Virus record (IMG/VR): IMGVR_UViG_3300038701_002786
Span: 15,101 to 79,100 of that record
DNA from: a virus
DNA: 64,000 nt
Direction: 5' to 3' (one strand)
Below, in pieces: positions 27,849 to 37,709 of the stretch. The translations under genes were made by a program, and so were the position numbers. The stretch's first letter is position 1. The number at the start of each line of letters is the position of its first letter. The notes under the pieces were generated by a model. The model was not told where the DNA came from. It made no database searches and saw only the letters and a program-made list of their open reading frames with translations.

Positions 27849-27911
27849 ATCCGCAACCACTCGATGGGCTGGTTACCTATCGATTTCATTTCACTATAGG
27901 AAAAACTTACG

Positions 27912-29465
27912 ATGCGTAAAATCAACATGTCGCGATGGAATCGCGAAATGCTCAGGGACATGTCCTTGAGTCCTGCACAGTCACGTGTGTGCCTTTCGAT
28001 CTTTGGCGTATGCGATCTAGATGATGGCACTCATTGGTGCTCGTATGACACATGGGCAGGCGCTCAAAATCAAGCGTCAAAGGCTGTAATCAAACGTCAC
28101 ATTCGCGATGCACCAGTACGTCGCTGGCTGGAGCGCGTTTTGTTATACGAGGATGGGAACCGAAAGCACTTTCTCTATGTATGCTTGTTCCCTAATGAAG
28201 ACCGTGCAGAAGTGTTCCAATCCCTTTTCTCGAAAAAAGGTTGGAACTACCACAAGACCCAAAAATATTGGTTTTGCATCAATCCCATTGACGTTCAACA
28301 CGTAGTTCTGGCAAGGCTCTCTGATACTCCAGCATATCGAGATTGGACGACTCCATATAAGAGCCACACAGCCCCGGGGATCGATATGACCCCCGGGGAG
28401 AACCCCGAGGTCCATATCGATCCCCGGGAAAATAAAGAGGATGAAAATCAATCACTTACGCCGGGGATCGATATGGACCTCGGCGTGCAAAATCCGCCAA
28501 ATCCCGGGGATCAAAACGATCCCCTATCTTTGTTAAAAGAACAAGAAAGTAATAGTGTGTGTGTAGAGTATATAGAAGATCGATGTACGGACACACACAC
28601 TCAAAATTCTTTTTCTTGTTCTCTGAACGAAAACAATCAATGTATTCAGACCGAACCCCTACAGGAAGATGGGGTCTTGCTGGATTGGTTGCTCAAATCA
28701 TCGAATCTTGAGCAAGCGGAGGCAGAGCAACTGTTGGAACCATTGTTGAGATCTTATCGAGGTCTCAACCAAATGACATATCGCAAACGTTTGGCCGAGA
28801 TTTTCAACGGAAAAACGTTGGACCAACAGGGAATCGTCAATCGACTCCAGGTCCATATGACATCTGCAGGCGTAACAAAACTGGATGAAGAGCAGGCGAA
28901 TTCATTGCTGACAGGGACATTTTTGTATCTCAATTTGGGCGAACAATGGTCAGTGCACTGCAACGTTGACAATGTCCAAGCCAAGAAAGTGCTGAAAACG
29001 ATTCCACAGTTGGCTGCTTGTATCCAAATGGTCGACAGTTGGCGAGCCTTTGGCAGTTGGGTTGCAATCCGAAACGAGTTGTACGGCCAATTGTCTGGCC
29101 AATGTGCCAAAATGCCTTGGACCAAGCAAAACTTCAATATTGCTGAAAACTTTGGCAAGGTTTGGTCTTGGATGAGCGTAGATTTTGGGAACAAACAAAC
29201 GGCTAGGCGAGAAGAACATGGGGTAGACTCAGTTCCAACTCGAACGAGTGAGCAAATTGAAAATATTTTGTCGCGATTTGTTCCGATGGACAGAGCCACA
29301 GCATCTGGAGCCCGCATGATGTCGATCCCTGCCACTCATCCGTTGCCCCAGCAATATTGGTTGCTGGGGATGGAGGACCGCGTTTTGGGGCGACTGAATG
29401 CCGAAGAGGCGCGTTTAATTGGCTGGGTTGGTTCGATTCCGGCAAAACTCAATGAGGCAGCATAA
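27912..29465 (+). CDS. Putative replication initiator (lambda-O-like layout)
   Basis: N-terminal HTH-like region, central low-complexity linker encoded by DNA repeats, immediately upstream of helicase and primase. Confidence 0.6.
   Translation: MRKINMSRWNREMLRDMSLSPAQSRVCLSIFGVCDLDDGTHWCSYDTWAGAQNQASKAVIKRHIRDAPVRRWLERVLLYEDGNRKHFLYVCLFPNEDRAEVFQSLFSKKGWNYHKTQKYWFCINPIDVQHVVLARLSDTPAYRDWTTPYKSHTAPGIDMTPGENPEVHIDPRENKEDENQSLTPGIDMDLGVQNPPNPGDQNDPLSLLKEQESNSVCVEYIEDRCTDTHTQNSFSCSLNENNQCIQTEPLQEDGVLLDWLLKSSNLEQAEAEQLLEPLLRSYRGLNQMTYRKRLAEIFNGKTLDQQGIVNRLQVHMTSAGVTKLDEEQANSLLTGTFLYLNLGEQWSVHCNVDNVQAKKVLKTIPQLAACIQMVDSWRAFGSWVAIRNELYGQLSGQCAKMPWTKQNFNIAENFGKVWSWMSVDFGNKQTARREEHGVDSVPTRTSEQIENILSRFVPMDRATASGARMMSIPATHPLPQQYWLLGMEDRVLGRLNAEEARLIGWVGSIPAKLNEAA
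28374..28524. repeat. Iteron-like GGGGATC repeats, putative replication origin
   Basis: Perfect 23-bp inverted repeat at 28405-28427 / 28461-28483; further CCGGGGATC copies at 28374 and 28504; AT-rich tract follows. Confidence 0.7.
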
Positions 29466-31057
29466 TGGAACCAATGGAATTGAGCTTTAAAGATCTGACA
29501 ACGCAACTCCTTGATAAAACCAAATATTCAAAACAACGCCCGGCATCGTTGGAGGCGGAAATTCGTCTCATCACGTGTTGTTTGGCGGATAACATTCGAT
29601 ACGATTCATTGTCTGGCCGCATCCGCGCGGAGCATTTTTATTATGTCGGTTTGCGCCACGTGTGGGATGCAATTGGCGAATTGTTGTCGGGCATGGAATT
29701 GAACATACGAGACAATGACACCCGCCAGGACATCAGCCCGTTTATGCTCAAGGGGCATTTGAAGAAGATGGGGCGTTGGCAATTTATCGAGTTGGAACTT
29801 CAAGAGTATGAAATTGTTTCCTCTGTTGAGGATATCTTCAACTACGACAAGGACGGTGAGCCGACTCATTACGCTAAAATGATTGTTGAGTGTTGGCGCC
29901 TTCGCACCCTGAATGAGTGCGCTGAACTGATGTCTCGAATGATCGCGGAGGGGCGAGATAGCAAAGATGTAGCAAGGGTCATGGGCAATGCAATGACATT
30001 AACATCCAAAAACCAAGCAGGGGACGATGCAGCTTCGCCAGCAATGGTGGCCGCAATAACAAAGAAGGAAATTTACGATGAGCTTGATGGTGATGGCTAC
30101 AGTATCTGCGTTGAGATGCAACAAACAGTTCTGAACGCAGCGTTCTGTGGTGCGTTAAGATTTCGCGAGTGTTCCATGTGTTGCGGTTTGACTGGCCATG
30201 GCAAGACTTCTACAGCGCTTGCGGTTATTCAGGAAGCGTCTCGGATTGGGGCTATGACTTTGATGTTCTTCGCTGAAGGGTCTATCCGAGATATGGTCAT
30301 TCGATCGTTGGTCGCGCGGTTTAGCCACCGTGATGAAAATCGGCAACTTCGTCGGGAGTATCCGTTGCTGAATCCAAAATGGCTAGAGAGTCCAAGTTTG
30401 GTGCCGGAGCGACATCGACCTGCGTTTAAAGAACAATTGGACCGAGCGCTGGATTGGTATGCTGAAGAGTCCGGCTTGTATCTCAAACAGGACATCAATC
30501 TCGTTGCTGAAGATATTCAACGATATATTCAGATGCGACGAGCGATGGAGCCCAAGCGTCCGATGGTGGTCATTGTTGACTATGCTCAATATTGTTCAGT
30601 TGAAGACCCATTCGTTCGTGGCGAAACCGAAAACATCTCTGGTGCGGTGAAGCTTCTTAGCGCATGCGCAGCCAATTACGATTGTGCCATGATCATCTTG
30701 GCCCAACACAATGAAGTTGATGACCAGATGCCCTATGCGTGTCCCCGCCCCAATGATGTTCGGCAGAGCAAAGACCTGCATAAGGTGCCAGCTAACTTTA
30801 CGACGGTACACAAACCCTACGATGGTCATAGTTCGTCGCACCTGAACTCATTGGTGGTCTTTGACGTGGGTAAAAATCGCAAGGGGAAGCAGTATTATGT
30901 GATGGCGACGATCGATTACGAGACAGGGGCGTATGGGTGGTTTGATGGCGAATTGGATGCACAGGATATTGCCAAGATCGGATTGCAACATCGAAAACGC
31001 CTGTACTCTCACAACTGGCGTGAGTTTATCAATGGGCCACCAGAGCAGGACTCATGA
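29465..31057 (+). CDS. DnaB-like replicative helicase (divergent)
   Basis: GLTGHGKTS Walker A, FFAEG, VIVDYAQ, ILAQ, DVRQSKDL, VGKNRKG. Confidence 0.85.
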   Translation: MEPMELSFKDLTTQLLDKTKYSKQRPASLEAEIRLITCCLADNIRYDSLSGRIRAEHFYYVGLRHVWDAIGELLSGMELNIRDNDTRQDISPFMLKGHLKKMGRWQFIELELQEYEIVSSVEDIFNYDKDGEPTHYAKMIVECWRLRTLNECAELMSRMIAEGRDSKDVARVMGNAMTLTSKNQAGDDAASPAMVAAITKKEIYDELDGDGYSICVEMQQTVLNAAFCGALRFRECSMCCGLTGHGKTSTALAVIQEASRIGAMTLMFFAEGSIRDMVIRSLVARFSHRDENRQLRREYPLLNPKWLESPSLVPERHRPAFKEQLDRALDWYAEESGLYLKQDINLVAEDIQRYIQMRRAMEPKRPMVVIVDYAQYCSVEDPFVRGETENISGAVKLLSACAANYDCAMIILAQHNEVDDQMPYACPRPNDVRQSKDLHKVPANFTTVHKPYDGHSSSHLNSLVVFDVGKNRKGKQYYVMATIDYETGAYGWFDGELDAQDIAKIGLQHRKRLYSHNWREFINGPPEQDS

Positions 31058-32244
31058 ACGATTTAACCAAGACTGAATTGAGCAATCAGGTGAAGGCGCT
31101 CGATACTCGCGATGTTGCTGAATGGTTGGGATTGCGCAAACACAGACAAAAACACAAGTGGGGCTGTCCATCGTGCGGAATTGATGGTGATGGCGAAGGC
31201 GACAATCTCAATATTAACGTTGATTCAAAAGGGCCAGGCGCACGTTGTTGGGCATGTGATGCGGTGTTTTCTAATCAGGATCTTGCAATGCATGTGCATG
31301 GCATTGATTTTATGGATGCAACCATGACTATTGCTGATGCGTTTGGCATGCAATATCCAGAGGTTTGGCGCGAGACGTTTGTGCCAAAGCAACTGCCAAA
31401 GGCGACGCCCCGTGTCCACCAGCGTTCAGAGAAACAAGTGCGCGAGGAACCGGATGCTGAAACTGTTGAGCGTTTGTGGTCAAGTCGTCAACAGGTGTTG
31501 GAGCATATGTATTTTGGATGTGAATTGGGTGAACGAGCCAGTGACTATTTGGTAAGCCGCAATCTCGATCCAGGCATGTGCTCGCAATACTCCGGGCTTG
31601 TGAGTGTCGAGAATATCGAACAATGGCAGGCTTTGGCGCGTGAATTTGACAACGACCAGTTGAGCGTTGCTGGTTTGAAGAAGTTGCACTGGTCCAATGT
31701 GTATCCATTTGATGCGCCCTTTTTGGTGTTTCCCTACCTGAATGAACAAGGGCAATTGAATGCGATGCGGTTTGGGGGATTTGCTGAAGGTCGAAAAGAG
31801 GGGCGCCCGAAATATATTGGCCAGGTCTTTGGATGGAATGTACCACAGTACCCATTTGGACTTTCGATGGCCAGTTTTGCAAGGGAGCATGGTCGTGTGT
31901 TGTTTGTCGTTGAAGGGGAGGTCAATACTCTCTCGGTAGCTCAGGTAGGCGAGTGTTGCATCGGTGGATGTGGTGCTGGCAGTTGGTTGAAGGACTGGGG
32001 CAAATATCTTAAAGGGGTACAAGTGGTTGTGCTCGTTGATCCAGACAAGGCTGGGTTGATGTTTGCCAAGAGTGTTTTGGAGTCGATGTTGGAGCATTGC
32101 CCTGAATATATCGAAACGAGGTTCAAGGCGTTTGACTTCCCGCGACCTGGAGGCAAATCCTTGGACGCGAATGATTTATTACAAGATGGTCGATTGGTCG
32201 AAGCGCTGGCCCACTTCAAGCAAAGGTTGGTGTTTGAGGTGTAA
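31054..32244 (+). CDS. DNA primase (zinc finger + TOPRIM)
   Basis: GCPSC...CWACD, VVEGE, LVDPDKAG, DANDLL. Confidence 0.85.
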   Translation: MNDLTKTELSNQVKALDTRDVAEWLGLRKHRQKHKWGCPSCGIDGDGEGDNLNINVDSKGPGARCWACDAVFSNQDLAMHVHGIDFMDATMTIADAFGMQYPEVWRETFVPKQLPKATPRVHQRSEKQVREEPDAETVERLWSSRQQVLEHMYFGCELGERASDYLVSRNLDPGMCSQYSGLVSVENIEQWQALAREFDNDQLSVAGLKKLHWSNVYPFDAPFLVFPYLNEQGQLNAMRFGGFAEGRKEGRPKYIGQVFGWNVPQYPFGLSMASFAREHGRVLFVVEGEVNTLSVAQVGECCIGGCGAGSWLKDWGKYLKGVQVVVLVDPDKAGLMFAKSVLESMLEHCPEYIETRFKAFDFPRPGGKSLDANDLLQDGRLVEALAHFKQRLVFEV

Positions 32245-32257
32245 ACTGTTTACACCT
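32237..32257. promoter_or_regulatory. Palindrome motif A (AGGTGTAAAC-T-GTTTACACCT)
   Basis: Perfect inverted repeat overlapping the primase stop codon. Confidence 0.85.
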
Positions 32258-32309
32258 TCAATTGATAAAAAGTGATAAATGCCTTGCGTGTGTGTGTGGA
32301 CATGTTTAT

Positions 32310-32334
32310 CATGAGTTTACATTTGAGACTCATA
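32310..32334. promoter_or_regulatory. Motif B operator
   Basis: CATGAGTTT-ACATTTG-AGACTCATA just upstream of the Dda-like helicase start. Confidence 0.7.
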
Positions 32335-32343
32335 GAGAAATTC

Positions 32344-33612
32344 ATGCAACTGACTCAAGATCAACAACACGCTGTTGAGCAGGCACATCGTTTCATTCGA
32401 TCCGATGAACAGGCTTTTGGCATCTACGGTGCAGCTGGAACAGGTAAGTCAACGGTAATCCAACGCGTCGTCGACTATCTGCTCAAGCAAAAACAAGAGG
32501 TGTACCTCTGTGCGCCGACACACAAGGCCGTGTCTGTGTTATCGGAAAAGGCACAGGAAGCGGGCCTGAGTGTGTGTACGGAAACGGTGCATAGCATGTT
32601 GAACATGATTTGTTGTCAGGATGATGACAAGGGCGAAGAGTACTTCGCGCCAAATAAGGGCTTCGATGCACCTATCTCTAATGCTGATTGGATCATCATC
32701 GATGAATGTTCGATGCTCGATAGTTTTATTTGGTCGAAAGTCTTGGAGGAAAGTCATCTCAACAAAGTTCGTCTTTTTGTGATGGGCGATAAGTTTCAGT
32801 TACCTCCAGTCCAAGAGTCAACTTCTCCAGCGTTTGAAGTCAATGGAGTTGAGTTGCTAGAGGTGGTTAGGCATACGGGTTATTTGGCGTCTCAAGTGAT
32901 ACAGATTCGAGAGCATATCAATGACCGGAATCCCCCTCTCGCCGCCAATGGTACGGACCCATATGGCGAGGTATTGAATATGACCAAGCCACAGTGGAGA
33001 GACCGATTCTTGGATGATTTGCGGGCTGGCAAAGATGTTATCGCGCTGGCGTGGCGGAACAAAACTGTCAACGCGATCAACGATTACATCCGCGGCAAAC
33101 TCCACGGTGAGGATGCGCCACCATTTTTGCCGGGCGAACCCATTGTGTTTAACTCGCCATACGAACATCCCGAGCTTGAGCGGATGTATCGAAACTCAGA
33201 GAGGCTAGAGATCCTCACTGCAGAATGGACGCAATACAAGTCAACACCTTGCTGGCGCCTTCAACTCAGTGGTGATTGTGATGAGTCGGAAGATGACTCT
33301 TATGTGTACGCGCTGGCACCTGACCAGGAGGCCTATTATCGCGAACAGTGCGATCGTCGCCACAAGATGTACCGGGAATCAGTGAGGCATGGTCGTCAGG
33401 CCGCTAAGAATGCCGCAAAGTTGTACTGGGAGTACAAGAAAGCATTTGCTTTTGTCCGCGTAGACTACGCCACTACCGTGCATAAGAGTCAGGGGTCAAC
33501 CTATGATGCTGTGTATGTTCATCAAACAGATATCCTTGGGGCCAAGCGCGATCGTTCACGGTTGTTGTATGTGGCGTATTCAAGGGCGCGAAATGGATTG
33601 TATTTGATATGA
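32344..33612 (+). CDS. SF1B (Dda/RecD-like) DNA helicase
   Basis: LTQDQQ, GAAGTGKS, CAPTHKA, IIDECSM, GDKFQLPPV, ATTVHKSQGSTY, YVAYSRA. Confidence 0.92.
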   Translation: MQLTQDQQHAVEQAHRFIRSDEQAFGIYGAAGTGKSTVIQRVVDYLLKQKQEVYLCAPTHKAVSVLSEKAQEAGLSVCTETVHSMLNMICCQDDDKGEEYFAPNKGFDAPISNADWIIIDECSMLDSFIWSKVLEESHLNKVRLFVMGDKFQLPPVQESTSPAFEVNGVELLEVVRHTGYLASQVIQIREHINDRNPPLAANGTDPYGEVLNMTKPQWRDRFLDDLRAGKDVIALAWRNKTVNAINDYIRGKLHGEDAPPFLPGEPIVFNSPYEHPELERMYRNSERLEILTAEWTQYKSTPCWRLQLSGDCDESEDDSYVYALAPDQEAYYREQCDRRHKMYRESVRHGRQAAKNAAKLYWEYKKAFAFVRVDYATTVHKSQGSTYDAVYVHQTDILGAKRDRSRLLYVAYSRARNGLYLI

Positions 33613-33971
33613 ATTTTCAAACGTTTGGATTGGATTTGGATTTTGCAACGCTCGCGACCTTGCTTCAGTTTTTCAAGGAATCAAAGCAGGCGCCGACAAG
33701 GAAGTCATTGACGACATTCTTCCATCAGCAGGCTCAAGCAAAAAACCGTAAGTTTCGTTCGATCGCGTTTGGTGATCGACTGTGGCAAAAGTGCTTGGCG
33801 TTTGACTACCTTTGTGAGGCTTGGAAGGCATATCATTATCCATGGAAAACCTATACTTATGAGCGAAAACCCATCATCGAATTGGTGCGAATGAGGCCAG
33901 AGGAGCGCGCGTGCTGGGCCTTATCGAATCGACAGATGATGGATTATGAAGAATTTGGAGTGTTAACATGA
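33609..33971 (+). CDS. Hypothetical protein
   Basis: ATGA overlaps on both sides. Confidence 0.55.
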   Translation: MNFQTFGLDLDFATLATLLQFFKESKQAPTRKSLTTFFHQQAQAKNRKFRSIAFGDRLWQKCLAFDYLCEAWKAYHYPWKTYTYERKPIIELVRMRPEERACWALSNRQMMDYEEFGVLT

Positions 33972-34288
33972 ACATTGTTGTGAATGTCTCGGATGAGAAG
34001 ATGTATCGTGTGGTGGACGTTTGTGGCGATGAGTCAGTGTGGCCATTGCCTGCGGCGCCAAAACATACAAAACCAGGTGATCGGATTCATTTTGTTCATG
34101 GCAATGTATTGTTAGGCAGCGCCGAAATTCTCAGGATTGAACTTGATACGAAGAGAGCGTACTTGCCATGGAACGAACCGCCAGTGAATGTAATCTGGTC
34201 CGTCAGTTCGTATGAGAAAGCGAAAGTGATTCAACGGGGTGTACCTGCAAATGGTTTTGCATACATGAGTCCACCCAGCGGAATATAG
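33968..34288 (+). CDS. ASCH/PUA-like domain protein
   Basis: W.LPAAPK..KPGDRIHF..G...GFAY; similar to 12168-12872. Confidence 0.5.
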   Translation: MNIVVNVSDEKMYRVVDVCGDESVWPLPAAPKHTKPGDRIHFVHGNVLLGSAEILRIELDTKRAYLPWNEPPVNVIWSVSSYEKAKVIQRGVPANGFAYMSPPSGI

Positions 34289-34455
34289 AGCCCACCTGCC
34301 CCTCATCCTCAAGAGGGGCAGCCAGGCGATGATGTTTTTGACCCACCTTTTGAGGAACATCATGTGCTGGCACGCCGATCTGCATATTGGGCAGAGACCT
34401 TATTGGGTTCTGAGGTTCGATCCCTCAGCGGTGTTTATTTGCAAAAGGAGCGTTC

Positions 34456-34650
34456 GTGGAACGACAAATTTTTAGAAACGATGAGTGTGTGTGGTTCAAG
34501 CGTGACGGCGACGTTTTCGTTGGATGCGTGCGTGACCGGCAGGGTGACCATTATGCCATTGAGAGTGCCATCGGCATTTTTGTCATTCATCACACGCATC
34601 TTTTCAAGCTGCACAAAGGGCGAGAGCCTCGCATGGAGAAAGTGAAGTGA
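34456..34650 (+). CDS. Small hypothetical beta-rich protein
   Basis: GTG start after AAGGAG; overlaps the next gene. Confidence 0.45.
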   Translation: MERQIFRNDECVWFKRDGDVFVGCVRDRQGDHYAIESAIGIFVIHHTHLFKLHKGREPRMEKVK

Positions 34651-35711
34651 ACAACGACAGATTTCGAGGCGCCTTGGCGAAAATGGATAAGCACGATGTG
34701 CCCGTGGGAGAATACAAGACATGTCTTATCAACGATGAACAACCTGAATGGGGAGTTTTGGTTTATAGCCGTGGCGCATCTTTAACCGTTTTGACTGAAG
34801 TGGCGGAGCTTGTTCCTGATGGTCGACTTCTTCCTGGGTTGGGCCATCCATACGATGCGTTGTTTGTGGTTGTTGGGTTGGAGCATATTGATTCAGTTAC
34901 TGCTCATGTCGAGCAAGAGGTGGCCAAACTGTTTCCCGATGACCCTCGGTCACAATGGGCTTATGGTGGAAACGTGGGGAGATCGTCGTTGGCATTGTTT
35001 AATTGCATAATGCAGTTGCAGCATTCGACTCTCGGTGACGATGATGCACCGAACGATGCCGCTGACTTTGGTCGGTGTCTTCGGATGCTCGAACAAACAG
35101 GTCTATCCATCAAGGATGCCAAATTTGTCGGCTTCAAATGGTCAGTTCTTCTGTCGATGTGGCCAGTGCTTACTCAAATGTATAGACGAGAGCAGTTTGG
35201 ACAACTTGGGGCTGTGCTGAGGGAACCTGACTGTGTTGCCAAGTATCGAGACAACCACTTCAGTTTTGAGTTTGAATTCGATTCGTTTGCTGCTGACCAT
35301 CATGAGCTGATGGTCAAACAAGGCTTCCATTCAACGGAGATGCCCGAGGATGCTTACGATAAGGCCATCTCTATGTGCTACATTGCCCACGACCAGTCAG
35401 TAGATTTGGAAATAGCCCGAGGCGCGAAAGAGACTGAGTGCAACTGGCTCAACATCAGTGAATTGGATGACGCAACGGTCGAACGCCGACGAGCAATTGG
35501 CAAATTTGCGTTGATTCACTCAGAGGTGTCTGAGGCATTCGAGGCATATGTGCGTTCAGGAGAGTCTCAGGAACTTGCCGAAGAGATGGCGGACATCATT
35601 CTTCGGGTGATGGACCTGAGTTCATCGATGAACTTGCCGTTGTCCAAAGCGTTGACGTCCAAAATGGAAAAGAACCACAACAGGCCATACAAACATGGCA
35701 AGGAGTTTTAA
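34647..35711 (+). CDS. Multidomain protein with C-terminal MazG-like NTP pyrophosphohydrolase
   Basis: ALIHSEVSEAFEA...ELAEEMADIILRVMD...KMEKNHNRPYKHGK. Confidence 0.8.
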   Translation: MNNDRFRGALAKMDKHDVPVGEYKTCLINDEQPEWGVLVYSRGASLTVLTEVAELVPDGRLLPGLGHPYDALFVVVGLEHIDSVTAHVEQEVAKLFPDDPRSQWAYGGNVGRSSLALFNCIMQLQHSTLGDDDAPNDAADFGRCLRMLEQTGLSIKDAKFVGFKWSVLLSMWPVLTQMYRREQFGQLGAVLREPDCVAKYRDNHFSFEFEFDSFAADHHELMVKQGFHSTEMPEDAYDKAISMCYIAHDQSVDLEIARGAKETECNWLNISELDDATVERRRAIGKFALIHSEVSEAFEAYVRSGESQELAEEMADIILRVMDLSSSMNLPLSKALTSKMEKNHNRPYKHGKEF

Positions 35712-36385
35712 TGCTTATTGTATTTGAAGGTGTCGATGGTTCAGGTACAACCACTCAGGCCCGGATGCTTGCGGAAGCGCTCAAGGAGAAGGGCTTTGAA
35801 GTTCATCAGACACAACAACCCTCAAGTGGACCAATTGGTGCTATGATTCGCGACATTCTCAAAGGGGAGGTGATTGAGGATTTACAACATGGCTATGACA
35901 AGGATGGTGACAAAAAGGTTTTGGCATTGTTGTTTGCAGCTGATCGTTTGCATCATTGGCACACAGAGATCGTGCCGCATCTTAAACAGAAGCATATCGT
36001 GATTTGTGACAGATACATTCAGTCGAGCTTGGCCTACCAGGCCAGCGAAAACACCTATGGGTGGGTTCTTGGACTGAACGCGCACGTTGGAACATCTGAC
36101 ATTACCATATTCTTGGATGTTGATGTTGATACTGCCATGTCAAGGATTATGCAGCGTCCAAATGTGGACTTTGTAGAGAATGAAGAGTTTCTCACCTCTG
36201 TGATCGAGCAGTATCAACAGATCTTTGAGTCGTCTTATGGTCCTTTGGGTAAGGCCGAAGAAACCCTTGTGATTGACGGCGCTGCTGATGCTCAAAGCAT
36301 TCATCGTAGGGTGCTTAAGTTCTGCATGAAGAACAGAGTATACAAGGATGTCTTCGGTTCATCGGCTTCGAGCCAAGAAGCGTGA
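35711..36385 (+). CDS. tmk: Thymidylate (dTMP) kinase
   Basis: IVFEGVDGSGTTTQ, LLFAADR, VICDRYIQSSLAYQ. Confidence 0.92.
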   Translation: MLIVFEGVDGSGTTTQARMLAEALKEKGFEVHQTQQPSSGPIGAMIRDILKGEVIEDLQHGYDKDGDKKVLALLFAADRLHHWHTEIVPHLKQKHIVICDRYIQSSLAYQASENTYGWVLGLNAHVGTSDITIFLDVDVDTAMSRIMQRPNVDFVENEEFLTSVIEQYQQIFESSYGPLGKAEETLVIDGAADAQSIHRRVLKFCMKNRVYKDVFGSSASSQEA

Positions 36386-36636
36386 GAATGGCCATGAGAC
36401 CACACCTTATGTTTATATCCCCTTCAGACGCTGAGGCTTTGCACGCGAAACCAAAGCGCTTCAAACGCGCGCACTGTCATGAAGCGGGCATGTTTGTTGT
36501 ATGTGTATACACACGTGATGGTGATGGGTTGACCTTATATAAAGCGTACAGGGTTGTGAAAGTAAACAAAGACCATGTGACCGTAGTCAACGATCGGAAT
36601 GACCGTCGAGCCTATGGCCACAAGCGTTTCAAGTGA
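36382..36636 (+). CDS. Hypothetical protein
   Basis: GTGA overlap with tmk. Confidence 0.5.
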   Translation: MRMAMRPHLMFISPSDAEALHAKPKRFKRAHCHEAGMFVVCVYTRDGDGLTLYKAYRVVKVNKDHVTVVNDRNDRRAYGHKRFK

Positions 36637-36642
36637 GCTTGT

Positions 36643-36855
36643 ATGTCCAAGGGTGCACCAGAGCCGCAATGTGAAGAGCCGCAGACAATTGGGTTCATCC
36701 CGCTTGGGCGTTTGCACTGGCCTGGTGAATGGTCAGTGCACCCAGTGCTTCCTCCTGACGAGAGCCAAGGGACTTCTTATCAAAAAGGGGTATACCCAAA
36801 CGATCAATTGGATGCGGTAGTCCAGGTCGTGGATTTGCTTTTGAGTGAAGAATGA
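36643..36855 (+). CDS. Hypothetical protein
   Basis: Fills the gap; ATGA overlap downstream. Confidence 0.4.
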   Translation: MSKGAPEPQCEEPQTIGFIPLGRLHWPGEWSVHPVLPPDESQGTSYQKGVYPNDQLDAVVQVVDLLLSEE

Positions 36856-37709
36856 ACCAGATACAATTCAACGAAATTCTATCCACTGAGTTGGTCGTAC
36901 ACAACAAGCGTTGTGCACATGACTTGTACATTGGCAGGGCAGTGGGGGAACTCAAGGCATCAAAATGGGCCAATCTTGCAAGACTCAGGAAACAACATCT
37001 TCCATGGGAGCGGCTTTTTTGTTTGTTGCAGTTTGCGATGCACATGTGGCGCTCTAATTTGCTCGCTGACGTGTTTGAACTAAAGGGTCTTGCCTTGGGG
37101 TGTTGGTGCTCCCCGAAGTCTTGTCACGGACATATCCTTTACGATTTGTCAGTATCTGAGCATCCTAAGAGGCGTCTTCAGCAATGGATACGTTTTCTGG
37201 CATCCGAACTGCTTGCTGATGTTGACTTTGAATTGACTCAGGTCTGGTTGTCATCAGTTGGTTTGGATGGGCGCCCACATATTGTTGATGCCCAATGGCA
37301 CGGTGTGATGGCATCAAATATACTACAAACCCCGCTGGAACCGTATCGCATCGAAGGTGGCCAAGACCCCACGTACATGTGCGATCTGTTGACTTATCAC
37401 CATAAGCCAGGAGACGAGGCACCATTGCTCAAGTCTCTTCTAGATTCCAAGCAATGGTGTCTTTGGTACGAGAAGGATGAGCATACTGTTTTCTATGGGG
37501 TTCGTCTTTCGACATTGTCTTGGCTTTTGCTTGTGAAGAAACAGTGGTTGGGTGGCTCGATGGAATGCACATGGCAGTGTCGATGCTCAAATACATTCAC
37601 TGCCCGTTGGGATGGTGCCAACGTAAAGTGTCCTCAGTGCAAGTTCGTTCACCAGAGCACTCATCTAAAAAGACAACTCCAAAGAAGGCTCAAGACTTTC
37701 GATACCTAA
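36852..37709 (+). CDS. DUF4326-domain protein
   Basis: VVHNKR..DLYIGR..SKWAN..ELKGLALGCWCSPKSCHGHIL. Confidence 0.8.
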   Translation: MNQIQFNEILSTELVVHNKRCAHDLYIGRAVGELKASKWANLARLRKQHLPWERLFCLLQFAMHMWRSNLLADVFELKGLALGCWCSPKSCHGHILYDLSVSEHPKRRLQQWIRFLASELLADVDFELTQVWLSSVGLDGRPHIVDAQWHGVMASNILQTPLEPYRIEGGQDPTYMCDLLTYHHKPGDEAPLLKSLLDSKQWCLWYEKDEHTVFYGVRLSTLSWLLLVKKQWLGGSMECTWQCRCSNTFTARWDGANVKCPQCKFVHQSTHLKRQLQRRLKTFDT

